From Vicugna vicugna (lineage: Eukaryota), in the NCBI GenBank assembly GCA_013265495.1, contig MU058153.1, forward strand, positions 1,242,001-1,306,000: a stretch of DNA of 64,000 nt. Direction: 5' to 3'. The notes below the pieces were generated by a model. The model did not search any database. It was not told the DNA's origin and saw only the letters and a list, made by a program, of their open reading frames with translations. This document shows positions 51,791-64,000 of this stretch, in pieces. The position numbers and the translations under genes were made by a program. How positions within the stretch are numbered: the first letter of the stretch is position 1; every line of letters starts with the position of its first letter.

Positions 51791-53629
51791 AGACTAAGAG
51801 TTCTTATTTTAAAGCAAGTCAATGCCAAAGCAATTCAAATGTGAACAAAAATAAGCATGCCTACCTCTTAGGAAGGTGTAAATATTACATAAGTAAAAAT
51901 GGTTTAAGAGGTCACCACAGCTAAATAAATATCAGTGGGCACTGTTTTGTTATTGTTTTTATTGTCTCTACTTTCTTAATACCAATTTCAAGAATTGGAA
52001 AAGCAGAATTTTGAAGAACAAAACATCTTCAGTTTCATGAAATAAAACCACCTAACTTTTTTTCAATTATATAGGACCCTTTTTAATAGTTATTTGCATG
52101 TTTTATTTTATTTGAAATAAGTAATTCATAAAATTATATTCCAAATGCTTTTTTAAATGTGGTTTTAAAAAGTATCAACTTTTCAGATGTCAAACAACTT
52201 TACAACTTTTACAGATATGTTGAGTGAAAAGATTAGGCTTTTTCTTAGCATGCTTTTCATTATTGACAAAAAAAAAGTCTTTAATATAAATAAAAGAAAC
52301 AAAGAAATGTCATTCAGTCCATAGTCATGGTGTGTAGGTAATACAGACAGTTAATAAAATAGTTATAGTTATCCAAGCAATTCGGAAAAAGCAAGCTTTT
52401 GAGATTCTACAGCTCGAATTTGTTTTATGGTTCTTATTGCTGAAGTTCCCTATTATTCTTAGTAAATGGTCATCTTCAATAATAGCAGGATTGATAAAGC
52501 CCCACTCTGCTCAACCTCAGAAATGGGGATATCTTCAGCTGGTGGGCATTCTATGTTTTTTGATTCTATGCCAGCATGTGGTTTAGGGATTTTTTTAAAT
52601 ATCTGGATGGGTGTTGGAATTACAGGGCTACCCACATTGAGATGATGCCTTATGCTGGCTTTCATCTCCTGGAATTTTTTAAATCCATCTCACTTACATA
52701 CGTCTCTATGATTTTGCAAAACAATTTATGAGTTGTGGTTAGACCAAGGTTATCTTGGTCTATGACTCAGTTCATATTCAGGCTCACAGATCCACAACCT
52801 GATTGTCAGCACTATACATCACTACTGAGAGTTGGAAAACTATGATCAAAACCCCTTGAGTCTCTGCACATGGTACTTTGGGAGTCAGAGCCTTCTGGAG
52901 TACCTCATTTCCTTCTCCTTTCTTCCACTGTTGACCTTCTCATCATCCTACTAGAAATTGTGTAGGAAAGTCCTAGGACAAAAATAAAGTATGGAATGCT
53001 AAGGGGCTTCAGCATTGTCACTGTCTTGCTCTGGAGTCCACCAGGGCCTACTCCCAGACCCCTTTGCTTCACAACGGCACCACTCTTCACAATTTCTTCA
53101 TCTTCTATAATGTAACAGAACTTTCTGGACTCTTTTATGGCAGTTTGGTTTCTAAAAGATTTTTGTGGGTGTCATTCTTGATGAATAAATTATATCAGTT
53201 TGAACCATATTACTGTCTTAGGTATCGCTTTTGCAATGACACACTCTTCCTGCCATGACACTTCTGACGTAAGCCTCCTAGAGCACCGTTCCCTGTGCTG
53301 CTGTGAAGACAGAGCCTGTCAGAGGGTTGGAGGGTGGGGACTGCTTGGTCTCGCCTTTACTCTCCATCATCTAGAGGAGCCAACCTGAGATGAGGTGGTG
53401 ACTGGGCCAGCGATGCTGATGGTGTATTTTCTCTGGCTTCTCAGAACCTTCTCTTGACTGAACAAAGTCACTCATTATAAGCAGGTAGAAGAAAAAGTCA
53501 AGAGAAATGAGGTTGCCAAGAACCATAGAATGGGACAGCAGAAAGGTACTCTGAACAATCATTCCATCCAAATATCCTTCCAGCCATTCTTGCTCAAGAA
53601 CACGTTGCTGCAGACCTAAATGAGTTGGG

Positions 53630-53870
53630 GAAGGTAGGCCTCCTTGAGAGGTTAACATTTAAGCAAAGACTTCACTGGAGAGAGGGAGATGGCCATATGG
53701 ATGTCTAGGGACAGGGCGTGCCAAGTGGAGCAACCACTCACTGCAAATTTCTGCAAGGTGTAAAAACAGATGGCAGCATGACGGGGAAAAAAAAGTGACT
53801 GAATCAAAATGAGGGAAGGGAGGTTTGTAGGAAATGAGGTCACCAAAGTAACTGTGACTCAAATGGCAGA
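53630..53870 (-). mobile_element. L2 fragment
   Basis: 'ggcctccttgagaggttaacatttaagcaaagact...ggccatatggatgtctagggacagggcgtgcca...tgcaaa'. Confidence 0.7.
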
Positions 53871-54899
53871 AAATGCGCCTGACTTTTGCTTGTTATCACC
53901 AGCGTTAAGCACGGGACCCGGCATGGAGTTAATGCGCAGCACATACTAAGAGAATGGCCAAGTAAACAAATAGAAGTATGAGTAGGATCTCATAGGATTC
54001 CCTACCATTTCAATGGGAAGAGCAGGTGGGCTGAGATGACACCTGCCACCCAAGAGAGCTAAATGTCTGTACATATGCTAACATGGTAATGGATTGGAGA
54101 GAGATCAGATAATGATCTGTGTATAATGGTCTAGTGTTGTGCATCATGAGACAAAATAATTAGTGTCACTGCATCTGATTTGGCTATTTCATGCTTAATT
54201 TCATTGTCCTCTCCACTTTTCTTACTTGTCCCTCCTTTTACTGTCCTCTTCCCTTCAACTTCCATTTCTCCTCCATTCTAACTTCTCACCCAGAGGTAGT
54301 CTGGGCTTGTGGAACTGACAATGGATAGCAGTGGTTCACTCAGGTTTGGGATTTTTGGATGACAGCATCAAGGTAGGAAGGCCTACATGGTATACCCTTA
54401 AACCTGTGAGCAAGTGCACAAGCAAAATGCCCTTGTCATCCAAAAATATCCCATCCCTTTCTACTTGTCTCAGTGTGCCCTTGAAGGAATGTGGAAATCC
54501 CCCTGGGGGCTGAACACAAATAGAGGATGATCCTTTTGTGGGTTAATTTATCTGCCATCAATTTCATGAAGCAATGTCCAGTCTGGATGTGACATGAAAA
54601 AGGATGAGAACTAGTTGAGTTTTACGAGATCTCTCAGGATCTTAAATACTAATATGATTTAACACCTCCACCCCATCAGGTTTTTTGTGTGTGCATAGGT
54701 GGGACTTCTTTATTTCTCCTCTGAATGTAAGGTTTAGAATGACCTTGGAAGGAGCTGAAGGTTTTGCACACCTTGGCAAGTATTAAGTTGATAACATTTG
54801 GATTGTCAGTGCTGTAATCCCTCCCTCCCCACTTCCACCTGCAAGAAGAAGCAAAGACCAAAATCTACCCGGAACATCTGTTTTCTAAGATGACTTTTT

Positions 54900-55400
54900 G
54901 GCATTTGTTATTATTAGATTAATGCTTGCTCATTGAAAAAAAATGTACACTATACAAAAGAATAAAATAAAATGTAAAAGTCCCAAAACCAAGCTCCCCC
55001 CATTCCTCAGAGGTTGTCAGTGTTAACAGTTTAAAGTAAATTCTCTAAAAATGTTTCTATGTTTAATCAAATATAGTATATTTCTAATTTTTAGATAATG
55101 CATTCGAACCATGCAGACTGGGCAGCCTTTATTTGCTTGACATCATTTCATGTTATTGCATATAGATCTTCCTCATTCTTTTTAAAGATTAAATGGTATT
55201 GCTCGGGTTGGATTGCTTTAAGGTATCTAGCTGGTCCTTTTTTTATGTTCTTTCCACTTTATCATTATTGCAAATGATGCAAGAAATTCCTGTGCAAACA
55301 TATTTGTACACTGAAATCTATTTGATGATGACTGAAATCTATTGAAATTCCTTTAAAAGCACTTCATATTATTTCTTTAAAAATGAACTGTACTGAAGGA
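54900..55400 (-). mobile_element. L1ME-like 3' end fragment
   Basis: 'cagaggttgtcagtgttaacagtt...tatagatcttcctcattcttttta...ttattgcaaatgatgcaag'. Confidence 0.55.
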
Positions 55401-55861
55401 GTATATAAGAAAGGACCTGTGAAACATCCCTTATTTCATGCAACCCTAAAATATAGTTACTAACTAGAAGGTGGATCATGCTTAATTATTTTTTTCTTCT
55501 TAGAGAAAAGGAAAATTACAGTGAGCTAAAAGGATTTAAGATGCTTTTATATGCAGGAAAGATACGAAAATATGACTCCTCTTCATTTTGAAGTTCCACG
55601 TAGAGCCCTCCCTTCATCAGAAGATCCTTGTTAATTCATGCTTCACTCAAGTACCAGTCTTGAAAGAAACAGTGAAATGCATTTTCTGGGTTTCTCAGAA
55701 CAGGTGTGCCAGATTTTGTGAAGGCCACTTAAATTTCACAGACCCATGCCAAGATAATTAAAGTGACTTCCACTGCTCTGTATGGCAATGAAGTATTTCA
55801 CTTTGCCTGGCTTGTAAGGCCCTCCATAATCTGATGTTACTTTTCCCCTAGTCAGTTTTAT

Positions 55862-56508
55862 CCAGATTTTTGCTGGTAAATATTTAACAACAGGCTCATC
55901 TCCCATTAAAAGAAAAAATATATATTATACTTGTATATATAATAAAGTATACATAATATAAATGTACACATGCATAAGTTTGTTATAAATCTGACTGATG
56001 TAACACATATGGAGTTTATCATTATTAATGAAATATGCAACCCAATTTATTCCAAGTAGCTAATTGATTCTCGTACAATGCCCTCACTGATCTTAGCTGA
56101 ACTGTTGTATTCATAGACAATCTGTTTGCAATGCACATGAGTGTAGTTCCAACATAAATGTTGGTTAATATTTCAGCAGTGCTAACAAATGACAAAAATG
56201 AAATGATGAAACAAGGTTACCAAAGTGATGTCACTGAACACAGAGCTGGGAAGAGATGTGCAGGACACACCACTGTATAGTATTTCATGCAGTACAGTAG
56301 ACCTAGATAATAATACAAAGTGTGAAAGTCACTGGGAAGCGATGGGTTTTGAGTATCTATTTGCTTTGTTCTTACTATAATTTACTTAATTGTAAGTTTA
56401 TATAATTTAATTTTTAATGACAGCAGTCAATAACTGACTCATAAAATTCTTAAAAGTTTGTTCATAGAAACTTGTGAGTCTGTGTAAGTGGCTCTACGTC
56501 ACTACCAG
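55862..56508. mobile_element. MER63-like hAT (Blackjack) DNA transposon
   Basis: Left end 'tgctggtaaatatttaacaacaggctc'; right end 'taactgactcataaaattcttaaaagtttg...cttgtgagtctgtgtaagtggctcta'. Both resemble MER63 termini. Confidence 0.7.
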
Positions 56509-58580
56509 TTTGTATCTCATAATTTCCAAGGAGTAAAATCGACTACATTGAGAACTGTCCCTTAATGCCCCCCAAGACTGACAGATAAAAGGAATTTTAG
56601 GTTCCAGGCATGGAAACACTGGATGGAGTCTGAATTTTGGGAAAAATGAATCTAATCAACCCAAACTTTTTTTTAAAGCACAAGAAGATGATGACCTATT
56701 TTGCATAGATCTTGAGATTCTAGCAAGATCTTCTTATGCAAATGATTATTTGATGGACTAGCCAAATTGAAAGCACTAGTAAAGGAAGACGTATTCCATG
56801 GAAAGACGCGCTGTAGCCTCTGACAAGAAACCAACTGAACAATTTGACAATGTGTTCAGACAAAATATGGTCCTTTGAGCTTCAAGTTATTTCAGAAATT
56901 TACATTTTTGTCCCAGGCTGAGGGAAATGTGAAATAATAAACTCCTCCTTCCAAGAAATAAATATTCAGATAATGAGATCAAGTAGGGGCATCTCCTGTT
57001 ATCATCTTGTTGTAAATCCAGTCACATTTTACCAATATATCTTTGCTTGTTAAACTCTGCTTTTGTCTTTTCAGTCATTTGAGGGGCAGGGAGCACCCTT
57101 TCTCCTTTGTGCCCTTGGAACATTTCATTTCTTCTTTTGATGATGATTATTATATGTAATTTTAACTTATTTTACTTACTCACCATTTCACCTCTAATAA
57201 ATGCTGTACTTTTTTTAAACTAGAACTCCATGAACCAAATATATACAGATATACATACACACACATACATGCACACATATATATGCCCCTCAAGGTTGAT
57301 GGGCAAAAAATAATTTTAGGTTTCAGTCACACAAGTATTGGATGGAATTTACACTTCTGGTAAAGTGAATCTGATGGCCTGAACTTTTTTCAAGTATGTG
57401 ATGTAGATGCATAAATCTTGAGATCCCAGAAAGATTCTCCTATTTAAATGAAAAGTTTGAAAATCCAATTGAAATCAAATAATCAAATCAACATCAGCTG
57501 GGCAGAATCTGTTTTAGAGACTAAGGAGGGTGTCCAGTACAGAGAAGGGGCGATCGCAGAACCCGTGGGCTTGCCTTGGTGTGACGTGGTCTCACCTCGA
57601 CAAGGAGGATGACTTTGCAGATTCCCCACAGCATTTTGCCTTTTATGTTTTCATTTAATGGTGTGACATCCTATGACAATTATCATTATTTTTGGTCCAA
57701 TTTTCCCTCTGAAGCAGCTTTGACACAGATCAATGCATCTCAGTGTCGTTTTTAATGGAGCTGCAACATCAGAAAATGACAGCTGGAAATCTTAATTGGT
57801 CCAGTGACAGAAAATATAATGACTGCTCACAGTGACTTATTTTATCTGACCTTGTGCTTAATTCAAAGGTAAATTTTCATCTCACTCTTGGAAAAGAGAA
57901 AGTTATAGGGTGATGAGTAGGGCAGATGCGACAGAGAAAGACCCTCCTTTGGAAAAGAAATTGCTACTGGTTTGGGAGCTGTTATTAAATTAGGATTTAA
58001 GTGCTGGTCTCGAATAATGGATACCAGGGTCTCCATGTCTATTTGAACTGCCAGCCTTTCTGCTGTGCCTGTCATTACAAATGGCAGCAGACACCGGATA
58101 CTGCATGGAAGGTTGCCCACAAGTGACTAGCTGGAGGCCCTCTCACAGAGGCCACCAGACAGCTGTCAGGCAGACTGGCATTTGATCATTACTGACTTGG
58201 TCTGGAGCCCAGTGACTTTGACCCAGAGGCAAAAGGTTTCCCATAATACCACCCAAATTGCTCAGTCCTCCTGGTCCTAGAGAGAAAGCTGTTTCTAGAA
58301 TAAGGACATCAAATTGGTCGTACTGAGTCCAGCTATTAAAGCAAGATTTCAGGTGTCCTATTGGCAGTTGAAAACTGGTATGCAAAGAAAGTATTAAATC
58401 TCCAACATCTTTAGTTCACCTTGGGCAAAGATGTAGTATAGAGAAGGAGGTGGCATGATACAGTGAAGAAATGCTGGACATAGTTTGAGAGAACATCTCT
58501 GAGCTTTATTTCTAAGGTTTGCCTAATTCGCTGGGTAATCATAAGAACTGAAGAATAAGTCTCTATTTTAGAATTTTGAC

Positions 58581-58630
58581 TGGTGATGCTGATGATGAAG
58601 ACGAAGATGATGACGATGGTAATGATGGGT
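58581..58630. repeat. Degenerate (GAT)n trinucleotide tract
   Basis: 'ggtgatgctgatgatgaagacgaagatgatgacgatggtaatgatgg'. Confidence 0.8.
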
Positions 58631-58729
58631 AGTGTTAGTTGTGATGAATCGGGTATTTTTACTTCTACAGGAATAATATTAATATTGTCTAACCATATAA
58701 AATGATATCAAGGGCGCCAATGGTAATGG

Positions 58730-58975
58730 CTGTAACACAAGGTAGTTAAAGGCATAGACTTTAAAATAAACAAAGCACTTTAAAGCAATAAATTACTTTA
58801 AACCAATAAAGGAAAGACCTGGCTTGGAATTCTGGCTCCAACATTCATGAGCTGGCAAGTCACAGTTTCATCTGTAAAGGAACTACTACATAGGGTTGTT
58901 GAAAGAATTAAGTGAAATAAGGCATGAGAAGCAGTTAGTAGGTGTCCCAAAACATAATGAGTGCTCAGCATATTT
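58730..58975 (+). mobile_element. MIR SINE
   Basis: 'gtagttaaaggcatagact...ggaattctggctcc...cagtttcatctgtaaagg...catagggttgttgaaagaattaagtgaaataa...gagtgctca'. Confidence 0.85.
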
Positions 58976-59095
58976 CAGTTTGTCCATGTTCCTTTCAATT
59001 CAGTAAGGGCTGAAATGATATGTTCCTCATAACTCATTCACCAGATTGAGAATAAGAATGGTTCACTCAGCATGTTTCTTCTCCAGATACATCTT

Positions 59096-59224
59096 TGTGT
59101 TAGTCTAGGTTTCCCAAGAAGCAGACACCAAGACCAGATTTTCTAAAAATTAAGAGTTTTGGAAGAAAATGAAGATGGAATTGAGAGGAAGGCTGTGGGG
59201 GGGCCATCAGATCAGGATGAACTT
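59096..59224. mobile_element. ERVL-type LTR (LTR16/LTR40-like), left part
   Basis: Begins 'tgtgttagtctaggtttcccaagaagcagacaccaagac' and is interrupted by L1. The left flank atctt pairs with atctc after 62303. Confidence 0.6.
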
Positions 59225-59677
59225 TTTAAAACATATTTTTATTGAAGTATAGTTGACTTACAATATTATGTTAGTTTCTGGTGTACAACAAAGTAATTTG
59301 GTTATACATATATGTGTATATGTATATACTTTTTCATTATGGTTTATTATAGGAAATTGAATATAGTTCCCTGTGTTACATAGTAAGACCTTGTTGTTTA
59401 TTTTATAGGTAGTAGTTTGTATCTGCCAATCTCAAACTCCTAGTTTTTCCTGCCCTCAATCCCTTTACCCCTTTGGTAACTGTAAGTTCATTTTCTGTGC
59501 CTGTGAGTCTGTTTCTCTTTTGTAAATAAGCTCATTTGTTTCATATTTTATATTCCACACATAAGTGATGTATGATACTCACCTTTCTTTGTCTGACTTA
59601 CTCCACTTAGTGTGATAATCACTAGGTCCACCCATGTTGCTGCAAGTGGCATTATTTCTTCTTTGGAGTAGTGTTCC

Positions 59678-59724
<47 letters not shown>

Positions 59725-62029
59725 ATGTATATATATATATACACACCACAACTTCTTTATCCAGTCGTCTGTCGACGGACACTTAGGTTGCTTCCATGTC
59801 TTGGCTATTGTAAATAGTGCTGCTATGAATATTGGGGTGCATGTGTCTTTTCAAATTAGAGTTTTCTCTGGATATATGCCCAGGAATGGGATTGATGAAT
59901 CATACGGTAATTCTATTTTTAGTTTATTAAGGAACCTCCATACTGTTTTCCATAGTTGCTGCACCAATTTATATTCCCACCAACAGTGTAGGAGGGTTGC
60001 TTTTTATTCACACCCTCTCCAGCATTTGTTCCTTAAAGATTTTAACAATGGCCAGGCTGACCAGAGTGAGGTGGTACTTCATTGTAGTTTTGATTTGCAT
60101 TTCTCTAACAGTTAGTGATGGTGAGCATCTTTTCATGTGCCAATGGCCATCTGTATGTCTTCTTTGGAGAAATGTCTATTTAGGTCTTCTGCTCATTTTT
60201 AATCGGGCTGCTTTTTGTTTGTTTGTTTTGTTATTGGGTTGTGTGAGTTGTTTATATATTTTGGAAATTAAGCCCTTGTCAGTCACATCATCTGCAAATA
60301 TTTTCTCCCAGACTGTAGATTGTCTTTTTATTTTGTTTATGGTTTCCTTTGCTGTGCTAAAGCTTATACATTTGATTAGGTCCCATTTGCTTTATTTTTC
60401 TTGTATTTCTATTTTCTTGGGAGACTGACCTAAGAAAACATTGGTACGAATTATGTCAGAATGTTTTGCCCATGTTCTCTTCTAAGGGATTTATACTGTC
60501 CTGTCTCATGTTTAAGTTTTTAAGCCATTTTGAGGCAGTTTTGTGTGTGTGTGTGTGTGTGTGGTGTGAGGGAGTGTTCTAACGTCACTGATTTACATGC
60601 AGCTGTCCAGCTTTCCCAACACCACTTGCTGCAGATGCTGTCTTTTCTCCATTGTATATTCTTGTCTCCTTTGTCTCAGATTAATTGACCATAGGCATGA
60701 CGGTTTATTTCTGGGCTCTCTAGTCTGTTCCACTGATACATATGTCTATTTTGTGCCAATACAATGCTGATTTGATTATTGTAGCTTTATAGTGTTGTCT
60801 GAAGTCTGGGAGGGTTATGTATCCAACTTTGTTCTTTTTCCTCAGGATTGCTTCGGCAATTCTCATATTTTATGGGTCCACATAAATTTTTGAATTATTT
60901 GTTTTAGTTCTGTGAAAAATGTCATGAGAAATTTCATAGGGGTCGTGTTAAATCTGTAGATTGCGTTGGGCAGTATGGCCATTTTAACAATATTAATTCT
61001 TCTAATCCAAAAGCATTGGATATCTTTCTATTTCTTTGAATCATCTTCAATTTCCTTGATTAATGTTTTGTAGTTCTCAAAATGTGTCTTTCCCCTCCTT
61101 TGTTAGGTTTATTCCTAACTATTTTATTTTTTGATATGATTTAAAAAGGAATTTTTTTTCTTTCCCTTTCTGATATTTCATTGTTAGTATAAATAAACAC
61201 AACAGATTTCTGTATGTTAATCTTGTATCCTGATACCTCGCTGAATTCATTTATCAGTTCTAGTAATTTTTGTGTGGAATCTTTAGAGTTTTCTGTATAT
61301 AGCATGTCATCTGCATATGATGACAATTTTACCTCTTCTCTTCTAATTTGAATACTTTCTATTTCTTGTTCTTACCCAATTGCTGTGGCTAGGACTTCCA
61401 GGACTACTTTGAATGGTGAAAATGGGCATCTTTGTCTTGTTCCAGTTTTTAGTGGAAAGGCTTTCAGCTTTTTACCACTAAGTATTATGTTGGTTGTGGG
61501 TTTGCCATATATGGCTTTTTTTACATTGAGGTATGTTCCTTCTATACCTACTTGGGTAAGAGTTTTTATCATAAATGGATTTTGAATTTTATCAAAAGCT
61601 TTTTCTGCATCTATTGAGGTGGTCATGTGGTTTCTGGCCTTTCTTTTGTTGATGTGCTGTGTCACATTGACTGATTTGTGTACGTTGAACCATCCTTGTG
61701 ACCCAAGGATGAATCCAGCTTGATCATAATGTATGACCTTTTTATGTGTTGTTGGTTTCAGTTTGATACTATTTTGTTAAGAATTTGTGCATCTGTATTC
61801 ATCAGAGATATTGGCCTGTAATTTTCTTTTTTGGTATTATCTATCTAGTCTTACTTTTAGGGTGATGGTGGCTTCATAAAATGCCTTTGGGAGTGTTTCC
61901 TCCTCTTCAGTCTTCTGAAAGAGTTCGAGAAGGATTGGTATGAGTTCTTTGTATGTTTGGTAGAATTCCCCAGTGAAGCTGTCTGGTCCTGGACTCTTGT
62001 TTGCAGGGAGTTTTTGTATTACAGATTCC
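59225..62029 (-). mobile_element. 5'-truncated L1 (2.8 kb) with decayed ORF2 RT domain and 3' UTR
   Basis: Minus-strand ORFs read [25 protein letters not shown]...GTRQRCP (61372-61665) and [37 protein letters not shown] (61141-61326), which is L1 reverse transcriptase with multiple stops and frameshifts. TSD caggatgaactt (59213-59224) / caggattcactt (62030-62041). (TG)n tracts at about 59680 and 60543. Confidence 0.96.
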
Positions 62030-62303
62030 CAGGATTCACTTCTTACCCCAGGTGAATGCAGGTTAGATCAAAGGGTCCTAGTTCATTGTGCAGACTCCGA
62101 TTCAGTAAAGCTGTCAGGGAGTCCTCAAGACAGAGTCAGCTGTCGGAGGAGTCCCTTATCTTACAGAGACAAGCCCAATTTGCTCAATCATTGACTGGAA
62201 GCAGCTTGAGTAGAAACAGCCTTGGTACAAATGCGGCAACTGATTTCGGAGCCCAGCATCTGCGTCCCCCCTCAACTTGGAGGCCTGTGAGGCACATTCT
62301 ACA
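62030..62303. mobile_element. ERVL-type LTR (LTR16/LTR40-like), right part
   Basis: 'gggagtcctcaagacagagtcagctgtcggaggagtccc...cattgactggaagcagc...cagccttggtacaaatgc...cattctaca' ends in CA. Confidence 0.6.
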
Positions 62304-63589
62304 ATCTCCTTGCTTTTAAGGATTATGATTGCTTTTTAAGTATAATTAGCTCATACAATCTTTCAATTTAAAAATAGATCTATTCATAGTACTTGCCAGA
62401 ATCCTCCAGCTATTGGCTACTGTTGGCTGTTTATTTGTTTGTATCCTTCTATGTTTTCCACTCTTCACAAGCAGTTAAGGAAAACTTGCCTTCTCCATTT
62501 GCTTTTCCTCCCCAAATATTAGAAACAACAGAAATTCCCCCTAAACATCTAGACCTGGTCCCTCATGCTTCATCATTTTGTGATGCTCACTTCCCGTAAG
62601 AAATGTCTCTTGCTCTACCAAGAAAGTCATACCTTGATGGAGGAACGTGGTGTCTGTCTCCTCTCCACGGGCTCTGCCTCCTGAGCCCTGTGTGAGCCAG
62701 AGCCCATGATTCTTCCTGCCATACCCTTTTTGATCACATGCTCGCCTCTGTGTCAATGGGACTGGATTTTATGAGTGGAAGGCACAGATCTTGTTCTGTG
62801 TAGGAGGTTTTATAGCTGTCTGCCTTCGCTCTTTCACCAAGGGAAAGTCAAAGTGAGGAAAGCAGTCAAATGAGTCACACGTCAGAATTTATTCCGAAGG
62901 GTGCTGGCATTATTACTCTGCATTACGGAAGTGCTGGCTCTGCTTGCTACCTGAGTCATGATTCAAAGTGGAAACAGATTTGGTTTTTACCATGTTAGAG
63001 TAGCAGATAAACTCCAACCCATGTTTTACTGCCTCTGAGTCTTCCTGCTTCCAGAAATGGAGATCATTGTCCATTTCATCATTTCAGCAGGAGACGTCTT
63101 GTGGGCACATGGTACACCTCTCAGAAAGGCATGCTAAAGAATGAATGGACGAATGAATGAATGGAATGAGCTTGCTTGAGGAATTTGGTGCCTTAGAATC
63201 GTATGTATCATATTTTGTGTTTCCTCTCTGTTGTAAAAGAGAAACTTTATGCATTGAGTTCTATGATTGGCAGACAACTCACAGAATCAAACCATGTGAG
63301 ATCTGGAAAGAAACTCACACATGATCTGTTCTATTCTATTGAAAAAAAAATGAGAATTGAAGGGGAGTGACTAGCCCAAAGTCACACAGTTGATAAAGGC
63401 AAAGTCTATAACCCACCTTCTTGTCTTTTCTCTTTCAACTAAAACTGCTATTTTCCCTTTTCGTTTTTTGTAGTTCATTTGAAAGGAAATATTACTGGTT
63501 CTCAAAGTTTACAAAAATCCTACCCAAATATTCTAAAATCCATTTGAATTCATGAAGACCCAGTGGATTTGCCAAATAAGACTCACTCA

Positions 63590-63720
63590 AGTCATTCATT
63601 CATTCATTTAACAAATATTGAGAGTTTATTATGTGTCAAGCATTGGTCTATCTGCTCAGAAGATAAAAACACAAAGACAGGCCAGGTCCCTTCCCTCCTG
63701 GGGAATGTATTTTAGTTCAT
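63590..63720 (-). mobile_element. L2 3' terminus
   Basis: 'tcattcattcattcatttaacaaatattgagagtttattatgtgtcaagcattg...ccaggtcccttccctcctgg'. Confidence 0.8.
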
Positions 63721-63739
63721 ATTCAGAAAGAATGTTTTA

Positions 63740-63905
63740 TCTGTGACTGTCACTCACTGGCTATATGACCTGGGACAAATTTCTCAATCTATCTGAGCGT
63801 CATATTTCTTTGTCTGTAAAACTAGTAAATCCCACTTTACTTTGTTGTTGGAAGACCAAAAAGGTAACATCACTCAGCAGAGTGCCAGGCATGTAACAAT
63901 AATGT
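63740..63905 (+). mobile_element. MIR fragment
   Basis: 'tcactcactggctatatgacctgggacaaatttctcaatctatctgagcgtcatatttctttgtctgtaaaa'. Confidence 0.75.
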
Positions 63906-64000
63906 GGGCTGGCTTTCCTCCGTATCAAGCCTGGGTATTCCAGTTGCCCTGATTTCTGCCCTTTTGTTTTTCCTCTTTTTGGACCTGCAGAGTGGTGGAA

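Noticed and set aside
52459..52665. 68-aa minus-strand ORF faintly resembling an ancient non-LTR retroelement linker
   Set aside because: It has no diagnostic motif, and the similarity is not supportable by eye.
52740..52762. Hairpin TAGACCAAG-N5-CTTGGTCTA
   Set aside because: A 9-bp stem is expected by chance in 64 kb and is too short for a pre-miRNA.
55310..55343. Direct repeat ACTGAAATCTATT x2
   Set aside because: This is a single small local duplication in an old L1, not an array.
59681..60428. Two ~144-aa plus-strand ORFs
   Set aside because: They are antisense readings of L1 ORF2, a common spurious-protein artefact.
61141..61665. Reverse transcriptase motifs (YADD) as an active or novel RT system
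   Set aside because: This is ordinary L1 ORF2. It is 5'-truncated, lacks the endonuclease and ORF1, and is broken by stops and frameshifts.
1..64000. CRISPR arrays, operons, tRNA/rRNA/snRNA genes, CpG-island promoter
   Set aside because: None was seen. The window is eukaryotic repeat-rich non-coding DNA with no regularly spaced repeat-spacer structure.

Overview
This is AT-rich, CpG-depleted mammalian genomic DNA, either intergenic or deep intronic. I can support no intact protein-coding gene, RNA gene, CpG island or prokaryotic-type system. The ORF track is explained by chance ORFs, microsatellites and decayed LINE-1 ORF2. The window holds ancient eutherian repeats (MIR, L2, MLT1/MLT2 LTRs, MER58, MER63, L1ME/MC) plus younger L1 3' ends that resemble cetartiodactyl, most likely camelid, L1s. 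I saw no Alu, B1/B2, Bov-tA, PRE1 or SINEC; the taxon call is inference from recalled consensus sequences. The best-supported structure is a complete 5.2-kb non-coding ERV1 (MER4-group-like) provirus on the minus strand (15476-20700), with two LTRs, an ACAC target-site duplication (TSD), a tRNA-Ser-type primer-binding site (PBS), a polypurine tract (PPT) and a leader splice donor. Other readable structures are an L1 with a probable twin-priming 5' inversion that splits a MIR, a 2.8-kb L1 nested in an ERVL-type LTR with both TSDs visible, a solo ERV1 LTR, a long compound (TTTC)n tract, and a few repeat-free motif-rich blocks that may be enhancers. I found no convincing previously undescribed system. 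Repeat subfamily names come from memory and need RepeatMasker/Dfam confirmation; boundaries of old repeats are approximate.
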